Positions 28,731 through 41,654 of a DNA stretch of 64,000 nt are shown here, one piece after another. A program made the translations under genes and the position numbers. Each line of letters starts with the position of its first letter. The first letter of the stretch is position 1. The DNA comes from Trichosphaerium sp. ATCC 40318. Taxonomy: Eukaryota; Protista; Tubulinea. The stretch is taken from the NCBI GenBank assembly GCA_038496445.1, contig JALMLS010000186.1:1-64000 (forward strand). Reading direction: 5' to 3'. The notes under the pieces are model-generated. The model was given only the letters and a program-made list of their open reading frames with translations. It was not told the origin of the DNA and made no database searches.

Positions 28731-29399
28731 ATGAATTCACTTCTCCCTGTAGAATTACAACTTGATATAATCGAATTAGACCTTGAAGCGTACCTAAAGT
28801 GGCCTATGCTATCAAAACGTACAGCAACAGCAACAAGGTTCAATTACCAGTTAGAAAGACATGGTACATGGATAAAAATCAATAGAAAGGTAGGATACCA
28901 CAAACGAGGGAAATTAAAGACAAAATGTCGCTATATCAATGGTAAACTTGATGGAGAATACAAGGAATGGCATGATAGTGGTGTATTACATGTTTTCTGT
29001 AACTATAAAGATGGTAAACTAGATGGCAAGTTCAGGAGGTGGTATAAAAATGGTAAGCGTCATGAAGTGATTGATTATGTTAATAACAAGAAAAATGGGT
29101 TGGAATTGAGGTTTGGAAGAAAAAATACATTGTCTATGTGTATGTACTTGAATGGTAAGAAAGAAGGTGAGTGTAAGAGGTGGTATCGTAAACTTAAAGT
29201 ATTGAAAGCTCAGTGTAATTATCACAATGATAACTTACATGGAGTTTACAAGATGTGGTATTTGAATGGTAACCTAAAAGTTGAGTGTAATTATGATAAT
29301 AATGTACTACATGGTGAGAAGAAAACTTGGTTGGAAGATGGTACTCTGCAAAATAAATGCAATTTCATTCATGGCAAACAAGACGGAGTATGGTTGTAA
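28731..29399 (+). CDS. F-box-like + MORN-variant (MORN_2/YwqK-like) repeat protein
   Basis: Intronless. MNSLLPVELQLDII followed by about seven NGKLDGEYKEW-type repeats. Confidence 0.85.
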   Translation: MNSLLPVELQLDIIELDLEAYLKWPMLSKRTATATRFNYQLERHGTWIKINRKVGYHKRGKLKTKCRYINGKLDGEYKEWHDSGVLHVFCNYKDGKLDGKFRRWYKNGKRHEVIDYVNNKKNGLELRFGRKNTLSMCMYLNGKKEGECKRWYRKLKVLKAQCNYHNDNLHGVYKMWYLNGNLKVECNYDNNVLHGEKKTWLEDGTLQNKCNFIHGKQDGVWL

Positions 29400-29776
29400 C
29401 GTATATCTTCTAAAGTTGTAGTTGCCTGGTCTTTACAGATGTAAACTGAAATTTTGTAATCACATATTGGCTGTACAATCCCTGTTTTACAGACGTTTGA
29501 GACTAAGGAAGGTTGACGACTTTGTGTGCAAGTCAATTCAGAGTTGAGGCAACGGCTAGAGGCAATTTTTACGCAATGAGATGTTCAGAAAGTTTTTTGG
29601 TTTTTTCGGTTGCAGTTTAATTTTCTGTCTCTACTTTGAATAAAACAAGAATATCAAGGTTTGCTCCTCCAATATGTGTTGTTTGTAGCAAATTTCTTTA
29701 GCTTAAAGGTATGCTCGTTTCAGTATGTAACCAAGATCGGAACACAGGATAGCTTTGCGTAGATTAAATTTTATTA

Positions 29777-32700
29777 TCAAAGAACTTGTGATTTTAATTT
29801 TAGATGTGGTTTCGCCATTTTAAGAGCAATTAAAAAAGGTTTTGAAAGTTTTACACAAAATGATACATTAAGCTCTCTAAGAAGATTACATTGTCCTGTA
29901 AGGTTTTTAATATGGTCTTCTTGTATCTCTTGACACCCAGAAGCATTCAAAATATTCAGTAGAGTACTTGTATTTGCAATAACATCAACAACTTTTGATA
30001 ATTTTCTGCATCCTGACATACTGAATTCGAGAAGATGTTTCAAGCTATCTTTGTACTTAATAAAAGGTTCATCTGTTAATAGCCCCAAACCAGTTAATAA
30101 TAATACTCTTAAGAACTTGCAATTTTTCAATAGTGATGTTATACCAGCGTCATCTAGAAGGTAAGAAAAAAGTTAGCGAGAAAAAAGTAAGAAAAAAAGC
30201 TTGTTGTTTATCGGGCAAGAGTCGATAACAAAGACAATTCTTTTCGTGAAGATTGGTATGTATTGACAACATATTAAAGTAATTGAATTAAATCAATAGC
30301 ACAAACTTGAATTTTAAGATCAACAAAGCACCAAAGGAAAGCGAAGAAAAAAAAAGGAAAAAAAATTCTTACCAACTAAAGAGCAGTCTGATATTTTAAG
30401 TGTTGTTATGTTATGTGAGTATTGTGATAGAGCAATTATAACATCACTGTTAACCTTACGAAGTCTAGACATATTCACATAATCATACTTGATACCATGA
30501 GAAAACATATCCTTGAGCTCATCAGCACCAAAGGCGCCTATAAAAAAAAAGGTTATAAAATTGAAGTTCCACTTCTTTAGTGTACCTTCACCACAATAAG
30601 GCATATCAAGATGTGTTAGATTCAAACAACGCTTTCCTATACCACTAATATTTTTCATTCTAGGGCAACTCCTTATTGACATAAAAGAGTTAGAAAAAAA
30701 CCAAAAGAAGCACAAAGCGTTCAACAGAAAAAAAGTAAAAAATAAGCTCACCCAATGTAGAGAGTTGTAAGCTTCGTTAGGTGTTTTGCAACGCTTGATA
30801 GCGTTGTAAAATGTGTATGTCCTATCCTTAGTATACGTAATTTTGTCAAAGCTTGAGCTAATAGCTTAAGTGTCGCATCTACACCTTGAACACACCAAGA
30901 AAGTGTTAAAGAAGTAAGGTTTGTAAGTTTTGCGATATAAGTCAACATGTGATTTTCAATATCCTGATGTGCACCCAGATTTAGCGTTTGCAATTGACCA
31001 AAGTCTTTAGGAAACGATATAAGAAGACTCTCATCAATAGGACAAAAGGGTAGCACTAAAACACAAAAAACTTGTTAGTTCACAGAAAGAATTATCAAGT
31101 TGGAAGAAAAGACAAACAACATACCTAAATGCTCAAGTGGGGTTCTCTCCTTAGCTCCTATGATAGCTTCTGATCCCCATGTACCCATGTACCCAATCTT
31201 AAGGTATTTTAGACACTTCAAGTTCTTTCCTATGCCTGCCATTGCCTCAGGACCACAACAAGGAGGATCTGTTAAACTCATGTAAGTTAACTTTGTTGCA
31301 TTCTTTGCTATCATTTCTACGGTCTTTACTGTCACACTTGTTTTAGAAATATTAATATGGCGCATCTTAGAAGCGTATTTTTGAAATTTACTAAACGAAC
31401 TGTCTGTCACATTCGCACAACCTATTCAAAAGAAATGTAAGAAAAAATCAAGAAACAAGAAACAAACGATAGTCGTAACTTGCCTTCAATGCTGAGGTGT
31501 ATGAGTTCTTTTAAGCTACTCAATAACATCTTTAATACATCATCAGTTATATTTGTACGATCAACCTCTATTAACTTGAGGCAGACAAGTTTTTTAATAT
31601 CAACTATGTTTGCAACATTGACTTTGTTCATTCTAAGTTCAGTTAAGGAAGTCAATACGGCCAAAGCTGGGATACATTTGTCGTTGATCAAAAGGCATTT
31701 GGAGATATCAAGTGATGCCAAGGATGTAGAAAAACGTGATAGGGATTCCAAGAAAGGTAATGAGATACTTGTATCGCATACAGAAAGCGAAACAAGCTTT
31801 TGTTTTGCAGCAAATGTGAAAGATCCTTTAAGTAATTGTGCTCCAGTTAAATCAAGTGTTTGAACATTAGGACAACTAGGCATTATCTCAGAAAGAATAT
31901 TATCTGTTATACCATAGCAAGAAGATAAGTTAAGTTTGGTAAGTGCGTTATAGGTTAAGACTTCATTCCCGTTCGCCTTGAAGAGCTACAAAAAGTAAGC
32001 TTCGAGTTCTCATTGAAATAGGAAAAAAGTGAGAAACAATGTTCGATTCCTTACCGAAGCACGTGCTTTTGATTCTAAGAGTTTTGAGCACATTGATAGG
32101 TCAAGAGACTTAACCATTGCTAAATGATGTTGTACAGTGCTTATAAATGGTGGTAGACAAAGAATAATCATCAGAACCCATTGAAGTATCTCTCCTTGCT
32201 TAGCAAGTGCCATTTCAAGATAGTGAGGGAGTTTATCAGGAAAGTCCATCGCTATAGCCTACAGAAAGGTCAGTTGAAGTAAATATTGTACTAGTGACTT
32301 ACTTCAATATGGCAAGCTGCTTCTCTTAAGGTTAGAGTATGTATATCACCTTCTTCATGCTCAAATAGCTTTGCGCCAATGAAAGCATTTGTTGAATGAA
32401 AATTGAATAGTAAATCAAAAATATACAGATGAGACCAATTTACAGAAGTACTATCTTGGCTCATAGAAATAACTACTTTATAGCATTTTATAGCCTAAAT
32501 TAATTAAAACAAATTTGTACAAAGGAAAAAACGTGAAGTACGTGACAAAAGATGTTGTAAGCTTTTGAAAAAAAAAATGAAAAAAAAATCTCTCGCAAAG
32601 AAAAAACGCTTTCGTCATCATACCTCAACAACATCATCAAAAGACTCTATAAAAGGTTTTGTATACGCTCTTGTTCTAAACACATTTCCAAGTGCGAAAA

Positions 32701-35700
32701 ATGTAGGTGCACTTGGGAACACAGAACGAGCACGAACAAGCTTTTCTTGAGCCATATCTAGCATTTTAATTTTTGATGCTCCCTTTTTTTTCTTAGACAT
32801 AAGCAAGAGCATGTTTCCTTCAGCGAAATCAATAGTATTCATCTGATGTGCAACGCTTGATATCGATTGAATATCAGTGTACAATACAGATCTCCTTGAA
32901 AGAAGTTGTGAGGGAGTTGATTTCATCTGAATACCAGTTATAGTTTGAAATTCTGTAATGAATGACTTCATATCAAAACCCTCAACAAACCGGTTAGCTG
33001 TGTTACGTTATAATTTTAGTATTTAGCTCGAAAAAGGTGTGCATATTGTTTGTAACATTATGTAAGTACCTCTCTAAGGTCATAGGAAGAATCAAGCTCA
33101 GAATCACTTAATCCTTTAACAAACTTCTTCACTATCAGAATCTTGACTTTTGAACGCCTACATAAAAACAACGTTAATCTATAACTCAAATGGTATAACG
33201 TACCAGAACGTCTTTGATTTAGAGCTTGATTTACCAAGTATTTTATTTAACATAGAAAGTACTACCATAGAAAAAGGAGACTAGAGCAATGTTTAGTTCT
33301 ATAACAACGAAAAAAACAATGAAAAAAAACCAAGAAATCAAACCCACCTCAATTGATATACGAACAGCCTCCATTGTTTTCCTTGAAAATAGCATTATAC
33401 TCAGATTTACAACAAGAATCGACTTACCTCATTTGTTTTCTAAGTGAGTTCTTAAGACATCTCAAAACCATATCAAGAAGGAAAATACTCCTTGATTTAT
33501 CATCTTTCAAGTATGACCTCACAAGACCCAAGTATCTTATTTTATAGCTTAGCATGTTATCTCTTACGAAGAAAATAATGTACCTCAGATTTATACCTTC
33601 CTTATGCATACTTTCTTTCAGATCTAAAGCAGTACTAATCATAACAGCACCGGAGTCAACTTTCTTTGCAAACTCAGGTATTACCGAGTTAAACAGTTGC
33701 TCAGTAGCTTTTATTACTTCTTCATTATGTATCTCCTTATTATGCATACCAAATCGAGTGAATGCATCAGAACTTAGAGGGACATGAGACTTTTTGATAA
33801 ACTCTAAAGTAATTAAACATTCAAGCAAAAAAAAAAAAATTCCGCGCACAAAAAGTACTTACCAGGTCTCAGCAATTCAAAGAATATTGCCCGCTTTGAA
33901 GGAGTCGAAACTACTTGATTTCTGGCCACAGGTGGGAATAGACGGGCCATATCAATGGCATATATTTTTCCATCCTACAGTAAAGTCACACTGAGCTATT
34001 CATTATTGTAAAATATCGCTTTTCAAGACAACACACTCTAAGCTTCTTATGATCAATTCTACCACATATAATCACTTACATGCCCTCTATGGCCTTCTAT
34101 ATCTCCAGGAGCGTAAAGTTCTACATCCTTGAATAGATGTGGTTTTAAGTTCAACATCATTCCTGCTTTTCGAAATACATCTGAAATCTCCGTATCAGAA
34201 TTGCATACATTCACTGCATCAGCACATCCATACCTGGAAAGTGTAAGATGTCGGAATATTTAAATCAAGTCCGATGGAGTACTTTATAGTTTCCTTATTA
34301 ATTGGAAGCACAGAGATAGCAATAAGCCGGAACCCTTAAATTTTGTTAAAAAAAAGTTAATTTAAGGTTTTGTAAAAAATACCTCGGTAATCAATGAGGC
34401 TCATCAGCGGCACCTGCAGAGAATTATAAGCAATTAGTTTTCCAATAAAATGTAATGTACCTGTAGTTCAGGTATATTACAATTATAGTACGCCATCAAT
34501 CCCCTCAACTCGTTCTACAAGCAATTTAAAAACGGCATAAACAAAAGTGGTACCTTTGCTGCCTTCATTGCAAATTCTGTACAAGGCTTATCATCACCTA
34601 TTCTTTTATGTGACTATTACGATAACATATTATTCTATGTTTTACAACGTACCATACATCCAAATATTAGTATTGGGAACTTTAGCATCAATAGCAAATT
34701 TAAAAAGAATTCCTACCTCATAAATAAGAAAAAAAGAAGAACAAAACGTTAAAGCAACAACACGAACCTTGACAGATAAATTTCTCTCCTCCAGCAATAC
34801 CACCTACTGATGCTGGTTTTATCGTCTTTTCTTCGTTTGGTAGACAAACTTCGCTTATAATGATACGAGCGTACGTCTAAAAAGCGTGTTAGCAATTACT
34901 ATCATGTTTTGGACTTATTTTGGAGTCTTTGAAGATTTCTGAGAATTGCTTATCTACACACGTGTATTACATACCTCAGCTGTCGTAGCAAAGTCATAAG
35001 CAAGGTTTCTAAGCTGTGTATACTTTTCTAATGAGTTTGGCATACTCTCTATACGCTAGAAGAAAAAAACTTACAAAAAAAAATATCCCCACAAAAAAAC
35101 AATTTCAATCAAATCATATGGCCTATCTCTTACCTGAAAAGCTTTATTCCACTCCTTAACAGGTGCTCTCCTATCCTTGGTTTTGGTTTCAATCTCCTAA
35201 AGTACGTTACAGACATGCACAGATGAATAAAAGGCCAAGTTTTACGTCTGAAATTAAATCTTGCCAATAACTAATCGGGTCATCTTCTGAAAGGCGCTCT
35301 AGAATATCTTGTACAGTTTTAAGGTCTTCTTTGGTGAGTTTTTTGAGTTTTTTGACGTCTGTAAGGAAAAGAAGTCAGAATATCATCAAAACCGACTGTA
35401 ACGCGATATTTAACGTCAAAAAGGGTATTAGCACCCAACTTAAATTAACTGTAACGAATAAATTAAAAACGACATGTTTTGAGTTAGAACGGTGCGTTTG
35501 GGCGCTAATACGCGTGGAATAACCAAACTAAGGGTTTAAAACGAGCGTCTAATTTTACGTTGCGTGCCAGGGTTTTCTTTAACAACCAGAGTACTCTTCG
35601 TGTCGAAGTCTATGTAACTATCGTAGTCATCATAAATGCTATACAGCGCTGCAGAACGTTCTGACACTGAATTTGACTCGTAAACGTTATCGTAGCAGTC

Positions 35701-35712
35701 TGAGTCGCTCAT
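29777..35712 (-). CDS. CLU-domain protein with C-terminal leucine-rich repeats
   Basis: GGIAGGEKF, ILFKFA, MSLIDYRG, PGDIEGH, IDMARLFPP, LSSDAFTRFG and MHKEGINLRY, then AMN1/FBXL-type LRRs. More than 20 exons. Confidence 0.85.
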
Positions 35713-36019
35713 TGGCGCGTATTAGAACATGAACCGACAATAAGAAATAAAAAGACTTGATTGAACTACTCATTTGTTAAAAGAAGTTCTATTGTTAATA
35801 CAGTCTGATGGCTTTTTTAACCCCCACGTGGTTGTAACAAATTAAAATGAAGCGAAGACATGGCGGTCTAGTTATCACTATTTGGAGTGGTTATAAAAAA
35901 ATTACTTAAGTTGTCGCGTACTAACCACTACGCTATACAAAACGTATTAACACACTCACTCTGGAGTATGGTGGAACCTTATACGACAAAGTTACAAACT
36001 GATTTTATTTTAGAATAAT

Positions 36020-39000
36020 TTAAACAAGAACAAGTAAAGCTAATAAAGAAAGAACGGAGCTCACATAATTTACTTTTTTAGCTGAAGATGTTGTAGCTTT
36101 AGCAGTTGAACCAACTGGTGATTGTGTAGTCGGAGCAACTGGTTGTATTGGAGCGGTTGGTTGAGCTGGTACTGATGTTGGAGAGACCGGGGATACAGGT
36201 TCAACTGGAGTTGGAGATGTTGTGAAAATTGTTGGTGGTGATGTTGTTGGTGTACAATCAAAATCAGAGCAACCAGAACTCAAACAACACGTTGCTTGGC
36301 AGTTGCTGCTGGAAGCTGAGCAAGACTTTTTAGTGTACATGCACTTACCACCTGAGCATGTTGGCTAAATCAATATTTTAGTGTACAGTAGCTTGTGCGA
36401 TAAATACCTGAGCGCATGTATCAATAACTGGACATTCAGATGATTGATTGCAAGTGGGACGCAATGAAGCCCAATTATTTGGATCACTTCCAAAACTGTT
36501 GAATGAAATACTACAAAAACTTGGTCAGTGCACTTTGTTCAACTAGTATTTTCCTCTATTACCGTTTGATAACTCCAGAACTTGGCCAAGGTGACTCAAC
36601 ACCATATTCTACTTGGTCAATAGTCACATAACCCTTTGAAAGACAGTTAAATAAGAATAAAAGTGGAAATAGAAAAACTGGAACAAAGCCAGAACGGTCT
36701 AGTTGTGTTCGAATTATGTTGTGGCGTACTGTGGATGTTCCGTCCTCTGATCTCGCAAGAGTTATGGTCTCTCCTTCGTTTTTGAGGGATCCAGAGAAAG
36801 GGCCATAAATCTAGTTTACATAAGCACAGTTTTGATGCTGATGTAGAAAAAGCGTACCACTGCATTTGAAGGCAAACCTAGTTCGAAGAACCTCTGGGTC
36901 TTCTGATACATAAATAGTTTCTCCTGGAGTTACAGACACCGCATTCGAAGGAAAATCATACTCAGAGATACCAAAGATACGATAAGGTACATCTTGATTG
37001 TTTTTAAGTTGAACACTTGAAGATCCGATATTTTCTATTTTTAGATACTCTGGATCAAAGTCGTATCCAATCTCAGTGATAACAAGCGTTCCATCAGCTG
37101 GTCTAGAAAAACAATATGTCAGTAAACTGTGCATTGCATAATTTAAAGCGGTTTCTGCCCTGAACAGCTTGTTTTTTGAACAATTCGTTTGATAACATAC
37201 CTGCAGTTTTCTTCTCCAAGTGTCACTTTATGTTGAGGTGTAAAGTATTCTTTACCTTCTGACGTTACCATACGACCCAGAGATACACCTAATTGAAACC
37301 ACATGAGATATAATTCACCAACACAATAAAATGAAGCTTACCATTATCAGAAGCAGTAAAAGTTACTTTATGAAAGTACCCAGTGAGCAAACCATTGTTT
37401 CCAGAACTCAAAACAATTGTCTCTCCGTATTTGGTTAAATTAAAGCTTGAGCCAAATTGGGAGTCATCAAAAACAACATAACCGCCAGCCGGAATCTTCA
37501 TAGTCATAAGAAATTTAAACATTCATGGACAAAACTGAAACATACAGAGGTTTCTGGAATCAACCATTTTTCTAGAGACTTCTCATCATCTGTCAGATAC
37601 CAACCACTGATAAATGCAGTACTATCCGTAGGATTATATAACTCAATAGAATCTCGCTAACAAAGAATATTAACGAAAGGTTGCACTGAGTTAGAAGGAA
37701 ACTCACCTGAGGTAAGTCTGTGTGAGCTAATATCTCGTTTATCTTGACTTGAAAAATAAGATCTGTACTCTCAGGAGTTCCGTCATCACTACTTAGTTGC
37801 CATGATGAAGCAAGGGTGCCATCGAGATTAGTCGAAATGAGTTCTATTGATTTTCCATCCTTGTTTTCTGGCCATGGAGATTCAGACTTGTAGTCAACAT
37901 AATCGAACACTTGTGATCTGTCTCCATTTGCAAGCATGATCAATCCACCTGCTTTTCCCAATTTACCTTTATAAGATCCTACAGGAGAAAAGCCATACTT
38001 GGCTCTAAACGCAGTAGCATCTGCTGCTACAACTACATATCCACCTGGCAAAATAGAACCTAAGAAACAGGAGAGCTTAGAACTACAACCAAAGTTGATG
38101 GTGAGAGATTGGTGTACCACTTGAGAACTTGAAGTGAATACCACTGATGAACTCAACATTCTCTAGATTTATTGTAGTATCTCCAATGTTCTTGAGTTCA
38201 ATGTAATCGTGTTCTTTTCCATCAGCATCGTACATGATTTCGTTGATTATCAACTTATCAACAGGGGCAACATCCTTAAAATTTGCAGTAATATTGACAC
38301 CTTCTGAGCTCGTAAGCGATAGCTAAAAATACGGTTAGATTGTAGTTACGAAGTGGAAAAAAACGTTATTTTAGATAAACTCAGCACTGGTCTGGTTAAG
38401 CAGCAGTGACTTAAAACAAGCCATCTTCAAAAAAGTACGCTAAGTGTACAACATACGTTTATACATGCATTTGCAGTAACCGCCCCATTCTCCTTTACAT
38501 CATCTGCGCCAGTCCAATGAGTAAACCTAGAAGTTGGTGTGCCTTTAGCACATATTCTTAACCTCAGTTCTCTGAACCACTCTTGTGCAACTCCATACTC
38601 TAAGATGGGCGTTTCAGCGGCTACTATAGTACCCCTATAGTATCACTATTAATCTCATAATTTTTGTAGTATAGTGAACCACGTACGATCCAGATTTCGT
38701 GAGAGTAAGATTTAAAGATATCCAGTCTCCACGGTTTTGGAGCCACGTTTTAAACCTAGCTACTGCTGGCTTTGGAAGAATGTAAGCAAATTCAATGATA
38801 AAGGTAAAAATCACGTGATAGGTATTAAAATTGTTGCACTTACTATGTAACTCACGCCATTGCGCCACCTAAAATACACCTTTATCAGACACTGATTTGC
38901 TTCTTTTAAAAAACACCAACAAACAAGCATTAACAAGGAACGCACTTTACAGTATCTCTCTCAGCTGCCGCGTTTATTTCAATCTGGTATGCATCTATTC

Positions 39001-41035
39001 TTGATTCCATGGAAGTTTGAGATAGAACATCCTACAAAAAATGTTAACGAAGTATACAAGGCAGTTGCTATTTTTAGCAGTAGCTGCATTTTACATGCTA
39101 CGTCAAAGTTCATACCTTACGCCATGAGTTCCATAACGATTGTATAACACTTGTGAATCGAATACTCTTATAAATAAGAGCTCTCCACCTTACATAGAGC
39201 AATAAGCGTATTGACGAATATGTCAAGAAGTACCAAAATGGTATTGCATATGCAAAGCCGTCAATAAGTGTTGACCAATAAAATTCATTGATATTTTGAT
39301 TTCCATAAATATCGTATGCTAAATTGAAATCCCTAAGATTATAAGGTAAATAACACCGTCAAAAAGCTAAGAGAACGAAAAACCCAACATAAGTACACAT
39401 ACCAAGCTGGTCCAAAGTGAACAAGTTCATCGAATCCTCTTTCTTTATACATATGTGTACTGATACGAAAAGAATCTATGTTTCTTGCAAACTCATTGAT
39501 GAGGAATATAGCAGCAAATGAATCGAAATCAATAAATGTGTGAGCACCTATTAAACGAACATAAGCTCAGAACAAACAACTTTGATTTGAAGTATGTACT
39601 TACCAGTAGCTGGTTCATCAATAACTGTCTCATTGAAAGATGAGCAAACATCCTCAAAATCAGTCATAAAGTTTTTCAGATAAGTCTTTTGAGCAGATAC
39701 AGGTTCATCGGGCTCCCTAATTTGATACCTACAGTAGGATGAATAACATTAGTAAGCTGGGCTTTTTTTTGGCTAGAGTAGTTACTGATAATAGCGCTAT
39801 GTACCTTATACCATAACTGACGTTTTGAGGTTGAGGGTACAATGGATTATACGGCGAAAGCCAACCATACCGCGAATCATAATCTTTATCTATAGAAAAA
39901 AGGTATCCACCAGTAACGTCTTCTCCTGAAATATCATCATCATCCATTTCTTCAATATCAACACGGTTTTTGTCCTGTTTATGAGGCTTCTCCATAAACA
40001 AGTACAGACCAAGATACTCTTCATTTATAAATACTTCACAATACCTAACAGTGGATCAGTACAATGAGTACAAATGAAAAAAACAACAGTTTGTTTTTCA
40101 CAATTCTCAAAAAACAAACCAAGACGTACTTGCTGCGAGCAGCGTAGTAACCTAACTCATTTGATGTATCATAAGTGAATTTATTGAGCATATAGCTTTG
40201 GGACACTCCTCCGGAAATACCAAACAGTATCCAATCGTTCTCCTTTGAAAAAGTTAATTGCTTTTATTCGTGTTTTTTTTGGTCATAACGGGTTTCTTCA
40301 GAATTAAAAACAACATTAAAGCAACTACTCTCTAAGTGTGTTTCTATACAAGACCTTTTGATGTCAAATGACGCTTTAGGAAATACGCTAATTCTAAAAA
40401 TAAAAGAAGAAATCCAAAAATAGGTAAACTGTTTTCAAACAACACGAAAAAAAACACACCTTAGGCATCCCAAATATTTTCACGTTATTGTTTGAACCAT
40501 CAGATTCCCTAGTTTCTACAGCATACTGTTTCTTAGGGAAAAACTGTGACGAGGACGATTGACCGCGTATTTCAATACCAATCCTGCCACTATATTCGTG
40601 ATATTTGTCATTATCTTTATCTGTTACTAGCGTCGGTTCTCCTTTTTGAAACAAGTCAAAAACACAAAATATACTTCTTGCAAAAGAAGTTTTTTATTGA
40701 ATCTTTCTCGTTTACCTTCACCACGCCATGCAATTATCATGTCAGCTGAACGATTACGTTTAGATTGTAAGGTATTCGGAAGAATAAAAAAAAAACAGCG
40801 TCTTACCTCCTTGTTTTGTACCATTATTTACAGGTAATTCGCCTAGTGCAACAAGTTAGCAACGTAGATTGTGTATTATCAGAAACCAATAAAACTTTAT
40901 TTTCCTATTAAAATGGATACGCTAAGCACAGTTACACATACCTGAGTCGGTTGTGACGAAAACTAAGGGTAAAGTATATGTTTGGGCTTGTGAAAGCGTA
41001 ATAGCGCATAAAATACAAGCCAGCAAGTACCACAT
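36020..41035 (-). CDS. CotH kinase + lamin-tail-domain surface protein, paralogue 2
   Basis: Inverted paralogue of 18789-24878 with a shorter tail ending in a GPI-signal-like hydrophobic end. Confidence 0.85.
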
Positions 41036-41654
41036 ACTACTTAAAACCTTGTTGGAGTCTCACTGTATAATTTTCTATTTGTCCGTAGTACTACGTTGAT
41101 TAGATAACGCTCTACTTAGGTTTAGTATGCTTATTGCGTATTCTAAACTTGAAACATTCTTGTGAATGAGAAGGTTAGAAATTCGCCAAAAATTGAATTA
41201 TTGCAGATATCCAAATTTGTACCGCAAAATCCAATCTTATTTGTTGTTTAAAATGATTAAAAGCATATGTATCTTCTTTCCGCCAGTTCTTGATGCATTT
41301 CCATTCAGTTTTTGTTAGTAAGTACTTTTTCCGTAATCTCGTATTTAACCTGAATACGTGTAAACGGCTATGCCCTACGCGTGTATATTTGTCTCGTAGC
41401 ACTGAGCGCACTTTTAAAGAAACAGCAGTTTTTTTAAAAGATTTCTTCCCCAAAACGGCTCGGAAACATCGTCATTAGTTTAAGCATAGTCTATGGAGCT
41501 TTGTTGTAAAGTAACTGTTGTTTTTGGAAACGTATGGTTCTAATTTTATGTCATTTTATGGAAAAACTAAAAAGATGTTTTGTTTATTTTTGTGATGTAA
41601 CAATTTCAGCTTTACGTTGTTAGTTGCTGTATTAAAAGTAGATGGGTTGAACTC

